Assembly (NCBI GenBank): GCA_043801965.1
Contig: JAZDLN010000022.1
Coordinates: 9,989 to 73,988, forward strand
DNA length: 64,000 nt
Direction: 5' to 3'
Source: Candidatus Falkowbacteria bacterium
GTDB taxonomy: Bacteria > Patescibacteriota > Patescibacteriia > Patescibacteriales > UBA12075
Part shown: in pieces, positions 16,440 to 25,671 of the stretch
Layout of the letters: every line of letters begins with the position of its first letter
Numbering within the stretch: position 1 is the stretch's first letter
The notes under the pieces: generated by a model
What the model saw: the letters and a program-made list of their open reading frames with translations, nothing else
Database searches by the model: none
What the model was told of the DNA's origin: nothing
Program-made: the position numbers and the translations under genes

Positions 16440-17324
16440 ATGAATACTCGGGCCGGTTTAAGTAATTTAAGCAAGATTTATTGGCCGGAAGAGGGTTATA
16501 CGAAGGGGGACGTAATAGACTACTATGATCGGATCGCGGATTATATCCTGCCGTATTTGCGTTGCCGTCCGCAGAACCTTAGCCGCCACCCTAACGGAAT
16601 AAAGAAAAAAAGTTTTTTTCAAAAAGATGTCGGAAATTTACCTCCGGACTGGGTAGAGATCGCTAAAATTTATTCAGTATCAAATGAAAAATATATAAAT
16701 TATATGGTCTGCCGGGATAGGCCCACCCTGCTTTATATGGTCAATCTCGGCTGTATTGAATTCCACCCCTGGAATGCCAGACAGGATAACATCGAAAAAC
16801 CGGACTATGCGGTTATAGATCTTGATCCGGAAAAAATTAATTTCAAAGAAACCGTAAAAACAGCACTGGTCGTTAAGGATCTGCTTGACAGCATAAAAAT
16901 CAAATCTTTCTGCAAGACTTCCGGCGGAAGGGGTTTACACATCTTTATTCCTCTCGGCGCGAAATATCACTATAAGAGCGTCACGCAGTTTACGAAGCTT
17001 GTCGGTCACATTACCCGCAACTTACTTCCGGATATCGTCAGTCTGGAGAGGGTACATGGGCAGGGGCGGATATATTTTGATTATCAGCAGAATAACAAGG
17101 GACAAACAGTCGTCTCCGCCTACTCGCTTCGTCCTAAGCCGGGAGCCACTGTTTCCACTCCTTTGGATTGGTCGGAGGTTAAGACAGGCCTTGATCCAAA
17201 AAAATTTAACATAAAAACCATCTTTAGCCGCCTTGATCACCGAGGCGACCCCTGGCAGGGGATATTTGATCATTATACCGATATAGAAGGCGCTTTTTAT
17301 AGACTAAGAGAAAAATATCTTTAA
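16440..17324 (+). CDS. Stand-alone LigD-type primase-polymerase domain (NHEJ PolDom)
   Basis: 294 aa. LSNLSKIYWPEEGYTKGD, IEFHPW, IDLDP and KTSGGRGLHIFIPL motifs of LigD PolDom. Confidence 0.85.
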   Translation: MNTRAGLSNLSKIYWPEEGYTKGDVIDYYDRIADYILPYLRCRPQNLSRHPNGIKKKSFFQKDVGNLPPDWVEIAKIYSVSNEKYINYMVCRDRPTLLYMVNLGCIEFHPWNARQDNIEKPDYAVIDLDPEKINFKETVKTALVVKDLLDSIKIKSFCKTSGGRGLHIFIPLGAKYHYKSVTQFTKLVGHITRNLLPDIVSLERVHGQGRIYFDYQQNNKGQTVVSAYSLRPKPGATVSTPLDWSEVKTGLDPKKFNIKTIFSRLDHRGDPWQGIFDHYTDIEGAFYRLREKYL

Positions 17325-17353
17325 ACCTACTTGAGAAAATTCACGATAAAAAT

Positions 17354-17381
17354 TCCCCGAATTGGTCGGGGAGTTTTTTTA
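17354..17381. terminator. Intrinsic terminator between convergent genes
   Basis: tccccga-attgg-tcgggga hairpin followed by T7, preceded by an A-run. Confidence 0.7.
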
Positions 17382-17421
17382 AATGAACGGTTGTTGGGAT
17401 AAAGATCGATGTATGAAGTGA

Positions 17422-17904
17422 TTACCTGTTTTGGTAATATTTTTGATCGTTATTATTGTCTTGGCCGCGTCCATCGTTATTCCGGCCGTAATTGCCATTT
17501 CGCATCTGCCAGTCCTGCCGTTGCTCGCGCCAGGTTTGGCGCTGCTCTTTCCAGTCTTGTCGTAGTTCACGCCAGTTTTGACGTTGGTTTTGCCAGTCCT
17601 GCCGTTGCTTGTGCTGGTTTTTATCTTGCTTATGCCAGCCATCTCCTCTGTAATCATTTTGATTGCGATTATTTTGGCGACCCTGATCACCGCCTTGCTG
17701 ATTACCGCGTTGATTGCGCCAATCACCAGGAGTATTTTGGTGATAATATCTGGGCCTGTTTTCCGTGTAAGAGTAATTCGTTTTTTCGCCATAACCGCTT
17801 TGATCGCGCCAATCATAATCTTGGCTATAATTGTCGGCAATAACCGGCGAGCTCATAACGACCGCGAACATCACTACAAACAGAAATGTAAATAATCTAT
17901 TCAT
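17422..17904 (-). CDS. Secreted low-complexity Q/R/N/D/W-rich protein with RQxW heptad repeats
   Basis: GGAGG SD. Signal peptide MNRLFTFLFVVMFAVVMSSPVIA. The mature part lacks aliphatic residues. RQDWQNQ RQNWREL RQDWKEQ RQTWREQ RQDWQMR. Confidence 0.6.
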   Translation of the reverse strand: MNRLFTFLFVVMFAVVMSSPVIADNYSQDYDWRDQSGYGEKTNYSYTENRPRYYHQNTPGDWRNQRGNQQGGDQGRQNNRNQNDYRGDGWHKQDKNQHKQRQDWQNQRQNWRELRQDWKEQRQTWREQRQDWQMRNGNYGRNNDGRGQDNNNDQKYYQNR

Positions 17905-18159
17905 GATAAGACCTCCGATATGTTTATTTTTCCGACTTATATAAGCCGGTTTCCCGGCTTAAGTAAAGCCGGAACTTCGCGAACTCTGAAAAAATTTTTT
18001 TGATCTTTGAAAAATAATATAACATCAGATAGTTATAATAAGATTAGCCGGCTGTTAAAAATCGAACAGTCGTTTAATTTTATTTTTAATTAAAACTGAT
18101 CGCGCTTTGCGTTTCTGTTTTAAAAATGATAAAGTAATAGCATAAACATAAAAATTTGT

Positions 18160-18864
18160 ATGGGAAAAAAAATTTACGTATTGTCTTTGGGGGGTTCATT
18201 AATTGTTCCGTCCGCGGGAATTGACTGGAAATTCTTAAGAAAATTCAGGGGACTTATTTTAAAGGAAATAAAAAAAGGAAACCGTTTTGTAATAATAACC
18301 GGCGGAGGCTCGACTGCCAGATCATACCAAAAAGCGGCTAACCGGGTCGTAAAATTTACGCGAGACGACAGTGATTGGCTAGGTATTCACGCCACTCGCC
18401 TTAACGCGCATTTGATTAAAACTATTTTCAGAAACGTGGCGCACCCGCGCGTAAATAAAAATCCCCGCACTAAGGAGGATTTAACTAAGCATTTTAAAAA
18501 CGATGAAAGCGTTTTAGTGGCGGCCGGATGGCGGCCGGGCTGGTCGACGGATTATGTCGCGGTCATTTTAGCTGAGCGCTTTTCCTCTAAAACGATAATA
18601 AACCTTTCTAATATTGATATGGCCTATGATAAAGATCCGGATAAACATAAAGACGCGGCGCCCATAAAAGAAATTTCCTGGCCGGCATTCCGGCGCATTG
18701 TCGGAGATAAATGGGATCCCGGCCTATCGGCTCCGTTTGATCCCGTAGCCTCGAAACAAGCCGAGAGATCAGGCTTAAAAGTTATTATATTAAACGGACG
18801 GAAAATAGATAATCTGAAAAAATGCCTTGATGGAAAAAGATTCCTCGGGACGACAATAAATTAA
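18160..18864 (+). CDS. pyrH: UMP kinase, archaeal-type
   Basis: 234 aa. LSLGGSLIVP, ITGGGSTARSY and GWRPGWSTDYVA are amino-acid-kinase fold motifs of the short archaeal PyrH type. Confidence 0.85.
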   Translation: MGKKIYVLSLGGSLIVPSAGIDWKFLRKFRGLILKEIKKGNRFVIITGGGSTARSYQKAANRVVKFTRDDSDWLGIHATRLNAHLIKTIFRNVAHPRVNKNPRTKEDLTKHFKNDESVLVAAGWRPGWSTDYVAVILAERFSSKTIINLSNIDMAYDKDPDKHKDAAPIKEISWPAFRRIVGDKWDPGLSAPFDPVASKQAERSGLKVIILNGRKIDNLKKCLDGKRFLGTTIN

Positions 18865-19136
18865 AACTTTTAATCAGTCAGCTTTTTCAAAATACTTTTT
18901 TCTTCATCAAAAATTTCCCGCCATTTTTAAATATCCATTCGTAATTTCGACAAAGCGTCTCCACCCATTCCGGATAAACGATCAAAAAATCGCGCAATTC
19001 ATCCAGTTCATCTTCTGGCAAACCAGCGAGTAAAAGCAAGGGTCGGCTAAAGGTGATTTTAGTTTATTTTTAAAATTTCAACCAATTTATTATAGTAATA
19101 AGATAGCCGTTTTGACAAACTTATCCAGAAAAAAAT

Positions 19137-20969
19137 ATGAAAAAATTACAGGATAATTTCGGCATAAAACCGGCTTATGCCGGATTATGGGCGAAGAAGA
19201 ACAAAATTTATATTAATTTTGAGATCGCTGGAGAATATCAAAAAGATATTATTATTAATTTAGATAATAATAAACCGAATACCCGGGCAGAAAAATGGCT
19301 CCGCGCTTTTTCCGCCGAAAAAAGGCTTAAATTTATAGCCGTGGGGCTGGAAGGTTTCGGGAACGCACAAGAGATCGGCGAAAGATTGTGGCTAAACCAG
19401 GATATCGTCCCCTTCGCCCATAAGACCATAGGGTGTTTAGGCGCGTCTGCCGCCAGGAGCCTTTGCCGATATGCCCGCCGCCAATTCAGCCCCGAACATC
19501 GCGCTAAAATAGCGATAACGGCAAATCGGGAGGTAAAAACAACCCCTCTGACAGGCTTGAATGTTTATAAAAAATTTGCGTCCAAAAGGGATTTTAACAT
19601 CCTTTTAGACTTGGCTGACCGTTGCCGAAAACAAAAACTTCGGATCGTGTTCGTTAACGCCACGGCAGCCGGCGGTGGAGTCGCCATTATGCGCCATGCT
19701 CTCATAAGATTTTACCGGCTTTTAGGCGTAGACGCTCATTGGTTGGTTTTAAAGCCGGACGCTGATGTTTTTAACGTAACTAAGAAAAAAATCCACAACA
19801 TACTTCAGGCGGTTTGTCCCGCCGATACGAGGTTGACGGCCGTTGACCGGCGATTGTATAATGAATGGTCGCGACTTAACGCGGCATTTTTTAAAAATAA
19901 TTTTAAAAAAACGGACGCGGTAATTATCGATGATCCGCAGCCAGCCGGCCTGATACCGTATATCAAGGAATATAACCGGTTTTCCAGGATCATATATCGG
20001 TCGCACATACAGATCGTGGCCGACCTGATCGATCGTTGCCGAATACAGCAACACGCGGTCTGGAAATTTATATGGAAGCGTATCCGGCAGGCCGATTTTT
20101 TCGTGGCGCATCCGATACCGGGTTTCGTTCCCCGGGAAGTGGACCGCAGCCGGCTGGTTTATATCCCAGCCAATACCGACCCCCTCGACGGCCTTAACAA
20201 AAAACTGACTCAGGAACAGAAGGCATATTATTGGCAGATTTTTTCAGAGCACCTGCGCCAGGAAGGCCAGGCGCCTCTTGATCCGGATCGGCCATACCTT
20301 ATTCAGGTTGCCCGTTTCGATCCCTCCAAGGGCATACCCGATGTTCTTGAGGCTTATCGCGTGCTACGGGAGAAGCTGGCGGTTCTTGGTTTTACCGGCC
20401 GGAGAATCCCGCAGCTGTTGATCGTCGGCAACGGTTCGATCGATGATCCGGAAGGAGCCCCTATTTACGAGGAGACGCGGCGTATGCTTAGCCTTAATGC
20501 TTACGCGCATTTAGCTCCGGACGTAAAGCTCGCCCGTTTGCCGCACAACGATCAGTTGCTTAACACGCTATTATCCGATTCTTATCTCGCTTTTCAGCTT
20601 TCTCACAAGGAGGGTTTTGAGATAAAAGTTACCGAATGCCTGATGAAAGGCAAGCCGGTCATCGCTTACCGGGCGGGCGGTATTCCCTTGCAGATAAGAC
20701 ACGGCAAAACCGGCTTCCTCGCGGCTATCAATAATACGGATGAAGTGGCGGATAAGGCGTTAAAATTGCTGCTAGACAGAAAGCTTTACCGGAAAATAAG
20801 CAATCTCGCCCGGACTACTATCGACACCCGTTATTTAACTCCGGCAAATGCCGCTCAATGGCTGTCTTTGGCCTTGGGGCAGGTTTCTCATAATCAGATA
20901 TTAAAATATAATATCAGGGATATGAAAGCCCGTATTATTTCGGAAAGGGTTTTAAATAGCTCGAAGTAA
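19137..20969 (+). CDS. GT-B glycosyltransferase (GT4, trehalose-synthase-like) with a ~170-aa N-terminal extension
   Basis: 610 aa. VNATAAGGGVAIM nucleotide-sugar-binding N-lobe and C-terminal E(G/x)F(E/G) ...ECLMKGKPVIA motif. The specific TreT-like call is from memory. Confidence 0.65.
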   Translation: MKKLQDNFGIKPAYAGLWAKKNKIYINFEIAGEYQKDIIINLDNNKPNTRAEKWLRAFSAEKRLKFIAVGLEGFGNAQEIGERLWLNQDIVPFAHKTIGCLGASAARSLCRYARRQFSPEHRAKIAITANREVKTTPLTGLNVYKKFASKRDFNILLDLADRCRKQKLRIVFVNATAAGGGVAIMRHALIRFYRLLGVDAHWLVLKPDADVFNVTKKKIHNILQAVCPADTRLTAVDRRLYNEWSRLNAAFFKNNFKKTDAVIIDDPQPAGLIPYIKEYNRFSRIIYRSHIQIVADLIDRCRIQQHAVWKFIWKRIRQADFFVAHPIPGFVPREVDRSRLVYIPANTDPLDGLNKKLTQEQKAYYWQIFSEHLRQEGQAPLDPDRPYLIQVARFDPSKGIPDVLEAYRVLREKLAVLGFTGRRIPQLLIVGNGSIDDPEGAPIYEETRRMLSLNAYAHLAPDVKLARLPHNDQLLNTLLSDSYLAFQLSHKEGFEIKVTECLMKGKPVIAYRAGGIPLQIRHGKTGFLAAINNTDEVADKALKLLLDRKLYRKISNLARTTIDTRYLTPANAAQWLSLALGQVSHNQILKYNIRDMKARIISERVLNSSK

Positions 20970-21031
20970 AAGAGATTAAAAGATCAAACAACGGGGACGG
21001 ATCGTAATGACCCGTTTTTTAAATTTTAAAA

Positions 21032-21436
21032 CTAACTTATAGCGTTCGTCGCGTTATATAGCGAGTTCAGGATGAATTGGGCGATCGCGAAAGCGGCGAG
21101 AATAAGAAGAATTCCTAAAATACCGGAAACAATCATTCGCCGGGATTCGTCGGCCCGTTCCGAGTCGCCTCCAGAGAGCATCCACCTAAAACCGCCCAGG
21201 ATAATGATCAGGACGGCGATTATCCCCAGGAAACCTAAAAGAATATTTATAACGCGAGCCACGATCTCCCGAGGATCTTCGTTTCCTAGCCCGGTAGTTT
21301 CCTGTACATTGGATTCAAATCCGCCCCAGAGAAGATTATCGGCATCGCTTTGCGCGAAAGCCGCCGCCCCGAAAAATAAGCCGGCCGTGTTTAGAATTAT
21401 AATAAATAAAAGCAGTATGATTTTTTTTATTTTCAT
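21032..21436 (-). CDS. VirB2/TrbC-like pilin paralogue (same subfamily as the first four array genes)
   Basis: 134 aa. Signal peptide, AQSDADNLLWGGFESNVQETTGLGNEDPRE, GGFRWM core, C-terminus LYNATNAIS. Confidence 0.75.
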   Translation of the reverse strand: MKIKKIILLLFIIILNTAGLFFGAAAFAQSDADNLLWGGFESNVQETTGLGNEDPREIVARVINILLGFLGIIAVLIIILGGFRWMLSGGDSERADESRRMIVSGILGILLILAAFAIAQFILNSLYNATNAIS

Positions 21437-21544
21437 ATATGGGTATTCATAATATGTTCATCTTGCTTTAATCATACAGCGGTAATTTTAATTTTATGTT
21501 ATAATATCATTAATTCTCTCCATATTTTAAATAAGGAATAGATT

Positions 21545-22993
21545 ATGAAGATCGTCAAAATATTACTATTAGCGATTATCTGGTTTACCGGCGTCGGATT
21601 ATTTCAGGCATTAAAAGATCTGCCTGCCGGCTTGGCGCATAAAGGCGAAGAAAGAAGCGTGCCGGTCGAAAGCATAGATTTTCTTTTTGACCTTACTTAT
21701 GAAGATCTTAACGGCGAGATTATACATGAACAGGAAATATTCGATTCGATCTTTAACTTGATCGATGGCGCGAAGCGATATATACTGATTGACGCGTTTC
21801 TCTTTAATTCCTATCTGACCGGCACCGAACCCGCCCATCGGCGGCTTTCTACGGAACTGGCGGATAAGCTCATTGAAAAGAAGCGATCCTTGCCGGACAT
21901 AAAGATCGACTTCCTTACGGACCCGATTAACACTGTTTACGGCGGCACCAGAAGCGAAGACATTGAAGAGTTGAAAAAAATCGGCGTAAACGTCATTGTA
22001 ACGGACTTAAAACCCTTGCGTGACAGCAATCCGTTTTATTCCCCGTTTTGGCGGACGTTCTTCCGCTGGTTCGGTAATTCTGAACGAGGCCTGCTTCCGC
22101 ACCCCTTCGCGCGTTCCGGCGACAAGGTGACCGTGAGAAGCTATCTCGAGATGTTTAATTTTAAAGCCAATCACCGGAAAGTATTCGCGGCCGATTCAGG
22201 CGAAGAAACGGCCGTGATCGTCGCTTCGGCCAATCCCCACGACGGCAGTTCCGCTCACTCGAACGTGGCCATAGCCATAAAAGACGGCATCTGGACGGAC
22301 GTATTCGCGACTGAAGCGGCCGTCGCGGATCTCTCGGGCGGAAAATTGTCCATCGACAAGCCGGAGGCGGAAGCCCGGACCGCGGACGGCGAAGAACGGG
22401 CCAAGGCGCTTTATTTAACTGAAAAAGCCATAAAGGAAGAGCTCCTTTGGCGCTTAAATGACGCCAGTGAAGGCGATCGGATTATGGCGGCCCAATTCTA
22501 TTTGGCGGACCGTAAGGTAGTTAAAGCTCTTATATCCGCGGCGAAAAGAAACGCCGATGTCCGCGTTATCCTGGATCACAACAAGGACGCTTTCGGATAT
22601 GAGAAGATCGGAGTTCCCAACCAGCCGGTAGCGGCCGAACTTATAAAAAAATCCGGTGGACTTATAAAAGTCCGTTGGTACGATACGCACGACGAACAAT
22701 TCCACGCGAAGATGACCCTGATCGAAAAAGCGAACGGACCTACAACCGTGATTCTGGGGTCGGCTAACCTTACGAGAAGAAATCTTGATAATTATAATCT
22801 GGAAGCGGATATTGAGGTAACGGCGAAAACAGATACCGAGCTTATGCGCGAAATAAAAGGTTATTTCGAAAAGATCTGGAATAACGACAACGGACTTTAC
22901 TATACGGTCGGTTATGACGCTTATAAAGACGAAAGCGGTTTAAAAAAAGCGGTTTATTTTATCCAGGAATATACGGGATTGGGAAGTTTCTAG
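21545..22993 (+). CDS. Phospholipase D / cardiolipin-synthase-family protein, membrane anchored
   Basis: 482 aa. N-terminal TM. Two HKD-type motifs (NHRKVFAAD and FHAKMTLIE...GSANLTRRN). Confidence 0.85.
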   Translation: MKIVKILLLAIIWFTGVGLFQALKDLPAGLAHKGEERSVPVESIDFLFDLTYEDLNGEIIHEQEIFDSIFNLIDGAKRYILIDAFLFNSYLTGTEPAHRRLSTELADKLIEKKRSLPDIKIDFLTDPINTVYGGTRSEDIEELKKIGVNVIVTDLKPLRDSNPFYSPFWRTFFRWFGNSERGLLPHPFARSGDKVTVRSYLEMFNFKANHRKVFAADSGEETAVIVASANPHDGSSAHSNVAIAIKDGIWTDVFATEAAVADLSGGKLSIDKPEAEARTADGEERAKALYLTEKAIKEELLWRLNDASEGDRIMAAQFYLADRKVVKALISAAKRNADVRVILDHNKDAFGYEKIGVPNQPVAAELIKKSGGLIKVRWYDTHDEQFHAKMTLIEKANGPTTVILGSANLTRRNLDNYNLEADIEVTAKTDTELMREIKGYFEKIWNNDNGLYYTVGYDAYKDESGLKKAVYFIQEYTGLGSF

Positions 22994-23080
22994 TAAAAGA
23001 CGAAAAGGCGTAAATTTACGCGAATTTCGCGAATCACTTAATATTTTTTATTTAAAATAAGCCCAAAGTGTCAAGTCTAC

Positions 23081-23109
23081 TTGACATTTTTTTATTTTTG
23101 TGCTATATT
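23081..23109 (+). promoter_or_regulatory. Sigma-70-like promoter candidate
   Basis: TTGACA (23081-23086), 17-nt spacer, TATATT (23104-23109). Leaves a ~110-nt leader. Confidence 0.5.
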
Positions 23110-23221
23110 ATTATGATGCCCGAATTGTAGAAACGCTTATAATATACGACCATGTGCTACGGCAATTGTTGGCACATTGAAAATATAATACACGAAACCA
23201 GCCATTATATAAGGGGGTAAT

Positions 23222-23902
23222 ATGAGGATTTTTGGATTAGACGTTCAGCAGTTCGTCCTTGGTGAAATCCTGGAAACAATCATGGAGACTGCCGGGGGGG
23301 TGGTCAAGGAAAAAACCCGCGAGAAAATCTCTAAAACCCTGGAAGCAAAATTTGGAGGTTTCGGACCCACTGATGAAATATTGTCATTGTCGGCGTGTCA
23401 AATCGCTCAAGCGCAATTTAACGTATCGACGGCCGACATAATCCGAATCGCAAATATCTTTAAGAATTTATCCAGGGAAGAGCGCAACAAGATCACGAGC
23501 ATCATCGGTCGTGATGAGCAGACCATCGACATCACAAGCTCGATGTATAAAAGGGGGGCCAATAAAAAAGAGGAGCAGGAAATTGCCCTGAAGATGAATC
23601 TACGGGGGGCATCTCTTATTAATGACATGTCCAAGATGACCGATGAGGAAATACTTATTTTTTTGGGCGGATTCGGCGCTCTTGACACGACATCCAAAAA
23701 CATCCTCGAGATGATTAGGGTTGTTTACGAACTTTGGAATGAATTTGACCTGGGAGATAAAATCCTGAAACCCCTGGATCAGTGGGCCGGTTCGAAGGAC
23801 GGCGGAAATCTTAAAGAAGTTTTGGCCGAAAGAAGGGCGAATAGAGACAAAACAAAAACCGGCGGGTTGTTCCGCTGGCTCAAGAATAAGGGGGTGCTGT
23901 AA
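23222..23902 (+). CDS. Hypothetical soluble protein
   Basis: 226 aa with GGGGG SD. The stop overlaps the next start (TAATG). No motif recognised. Confidence 0.6.
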   Translation: MRIFGLDVQQFVLGEILETIMETAGGVVKEKTREKISKTLEAKFGGFGPTDEILSLSACQIAQAQFNVSTADIIRIANIFKNLSREERNKITSIIGRDEQTIDITSSMYKRGANKKEEQEIALKMNLRGASLINDMSKMTDEEILIFLGGFGALDTTSKNILEMIRVVYELWNEFDLGDKILKPLDQWAGSKDGGNLKEVLAERRANRDKTKTGGLFRWLKNKGVL

Positions 23903-25050
23903 TGAGAAATATCTGGAATTTGATCGTATACTCGTTTTCCCCGAAAGGACTTTTCTCGGATATTCTGGAAGAGGCGGAATTCATCCACTTTAAAATCGCT
24001 CTGGCCCTACTCGCCTTCTTGCCGATACTGCTGGTAGAATTCTTTTTGAATGTCTTTAATTGCGGTCTTTGGATAGTTTTTTTAGCGGCGGCGGTAAGTT
24101 TTATCGTAGCATTTGCCGCTACCCGTCCTAAGATCCTGGCTGAAATAGCGGCAATCGGCGCGGCTTTACCGGAGGGCAAAAAAGCCACCCAGGGCATTAA
24201 GGATATTAGCGCCTTATACTTTAGCCTGGTGGTAAAGATACTGCTGTGGTTCAATCTAATCTCTGTTTTTATGGCCACAATACCCGTCCGATCATTTCCG
24301 ATGGGTTTTCCTCTGGTAATTTTCTCCCTCTTTATCATTGGGCTCATGACGATCTCTTGGGATCTCGAGATCAAGTACGCCAAAAAGATCGCTTACGCCT
24401 ACGTGGTCGGAACTATTATCGTGGGAATCACGCTTTGCGTCCCCCGGGCGACGTATCTTAACTGGATTGAATTCTATCCTTTCGAGCACATGATAACCTC
24501 GGAAACAGCAAAAGTTCTGTCTGACATCGACGAGGCTCTTGCCAAGAAAGCGGACGAGGACAATGCCGATGCGCTGGAAAAAATCGAAGATAAAATTAAA
24601 GATGGGAAGCCTCTGAATTCCAGCGATCAGGGGTTACTGGAAAAGTTAAGAAAAGAGCGGAGCGAGGGCACGATTCCCCACAAGGTAGCCGGTAGTATTG
24701 GAGGGGTAATAGACGGTGTAAAAGAAACCTTCAAGGGAACACCGCCCCCGCCGCAGCCTACACCCGAAGAACAATTGAGGGCGACTCTGAAAAATTCAAT
24801 AGCGAAATTGGGTCAGCCGCAGAAGGTTGAACCAGTGGAGGGATGGAAAATTATACTTCGGAGTCCGCGGGCGGGCCAAAAGGTAAGTTATCTATCCTTG
24901 TCTTCGGTAATGGTAAAGGACGACGGTGGAGAAGCGACTTGGCGCCCCGCCATAGACAAACCCTTCGGGTATACCTTTATGAACAAGGATGTTAATGGGC
25001 CGCTCAAGGTCAGGGCCCAGTCCACGGTTTACGTTTGGATAATCGGATAA
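23902..25050 (+). CDS. Hypothetical polytopic membrane protein with a coiled and beta-rich C-terminal domain
   Basis: 382 aa. About 5-6 TM helices, then a charged helical segment, a PPPPQP linker and a C-terminal domain. Translationally coupled to 23222. Confidence 0.65.
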   Translation: MRNIWNLIVYSFSPKGLFSDILEEAEFIHFKIALALLAFLPILLVEFFLNVFNCGLWIVFLAAAVSFIVAFAATRPKILAEIAAIGAALPEGKKATQGIKDISALYFSLVVKILLWFNLISVFMATIPVRSFPMGFPLVIFSLFIIGLMTISWDLEIKYAKKIAYAYVVGTIIVGITLCVPRATYLNWIEFYPFEHMITSETAKVLSDIDEALAKKADEDNADALEKIEDKIKDGKPLNSSDQGLLEKLRKERSEGTIPHKVAGSIGGVIDGVKETFKGTPPPPQPTPEEQLRATLKNSIAKLGQPQKVEPVEGWKIILRSPRAGQKVSYLSLSSVMVKDDGGEATWRPAIDKPFGYTFMNKDVNGPLKVRAQSTVYVWIIG

Positions 25051-25078
25051 TCAGATAGCGTTCTTTATAAATTTTAAC

Positions 25079-25108
25079 GGGCGGTGTAATTTTACACCGC
25101 CTTTTTTG
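25079..25108 (+). terminator. Intrinsic terminator
   Basis: ggcggtgta-atttt-acaccgcc hairpin plus T6. Confidence 0.75.
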
Positions 25109-25175
25109 TCTGTTTTAATTAAATAATTTATGCTATAATAAAATTAAATATATATTTGCTATAAAATTGTATATT

Positions 25176-25532
25176 ATGAATAAAATTATATTTATTGTTT
25201 TATTAGTAGTATTTTCTTTTTTATCCAGCTTTAATGTTTATGCTTTACCGACTTGCGCAGATGGTGATGTCTGCCTTGAATCCCCTATTGACGCTGAAAA
25301 TCCGCAGGAGTTGATCGGTATAGCCATAAGGGGTCTTTTGGGTATAGTCGGATCCCTCGCCCTGATCATGTTCATTTACGGCGGTTTTACCTGGATGCTG
25401 GCGGCCGGAAGCGCGGAAAAAGTCCAGAAAGGCAAGAATATTCTAATCTGGGCTACGATCGGATTGGTCGTGATATTTTCCGCCTACGCTTTAGTCAGGT
25501 TCGTTTTTGAGGGATTGGGGATCACGCAGTAA
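25176..25532 (+). CDS. VirB2/TrbC-like pilin paralogue (divergent, Cys-containing N-terminus)
   Basis: ATG 25176 (MNKIIF...) preferred over TTG 25167. GGFTWMLAAGSAEKVQKGK core between two TM helices. Confidence 0.7.
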   Translation: MNKIIFIVLLVVFSFLSSFNVYALPTCADGDVCLESPIDAENPQELIGIAIRGLLGIVGSLALIMFIYGGFTWMLAAGSAEKVQKGKNILIWATIGLVVIFSAYALVRFVFEGLGITQ

Positions 25533-25561
25533 TATTCGTTGGATATTCATTTCAATAACAA

Positions 25562-25591
25562 AAACCGTTCCAATATCCGAACGGTTTTTTA
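25562..25591 (+). terminator. Intrinsic terminator
   Basis: aaccgttc-caatatcc-gaacggtt hairpin plus T-run. Confidence 0.75.
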
Positions 25592-25622
25592 TTATAAAAG
25601 TGATAAAATTTTTTAGCTGTTA

Positions 25623-25671
25623 ATGCGTTATGCGTTATGCGTTATGCGTTATGCGTTATGCGTTATGCGTT
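25623..25671. repeat. Perfect heptanucleotide tandem repeat (ATGCGTT) x7
   Basis: Counted directly. Overlaps the last codons and stop of the ROK gene and extends into its 3' flank. Confidence 0.95.

Noticed and set aside
17409-17895. Two plus-strand ORFs (144 and 105 aa) opposite the RQxW repeat gene.
   Set aside because: The repeat periodicity keeps all frames open. Only the minus-strand ORF has a GGAGG SD, an ATG and a canonical signal peptide.
18865-19136. A possible gene remnant on the minus strand (…LLAGLPEDELDELRDFLIVYPEWVETLCRNYEWIFKNGGKF…).
   Set aside because: There is an open frame of about 55 codons but no start codon or SD. It may be a decayed gene fragment, but the evidence is too weak to call a feature.
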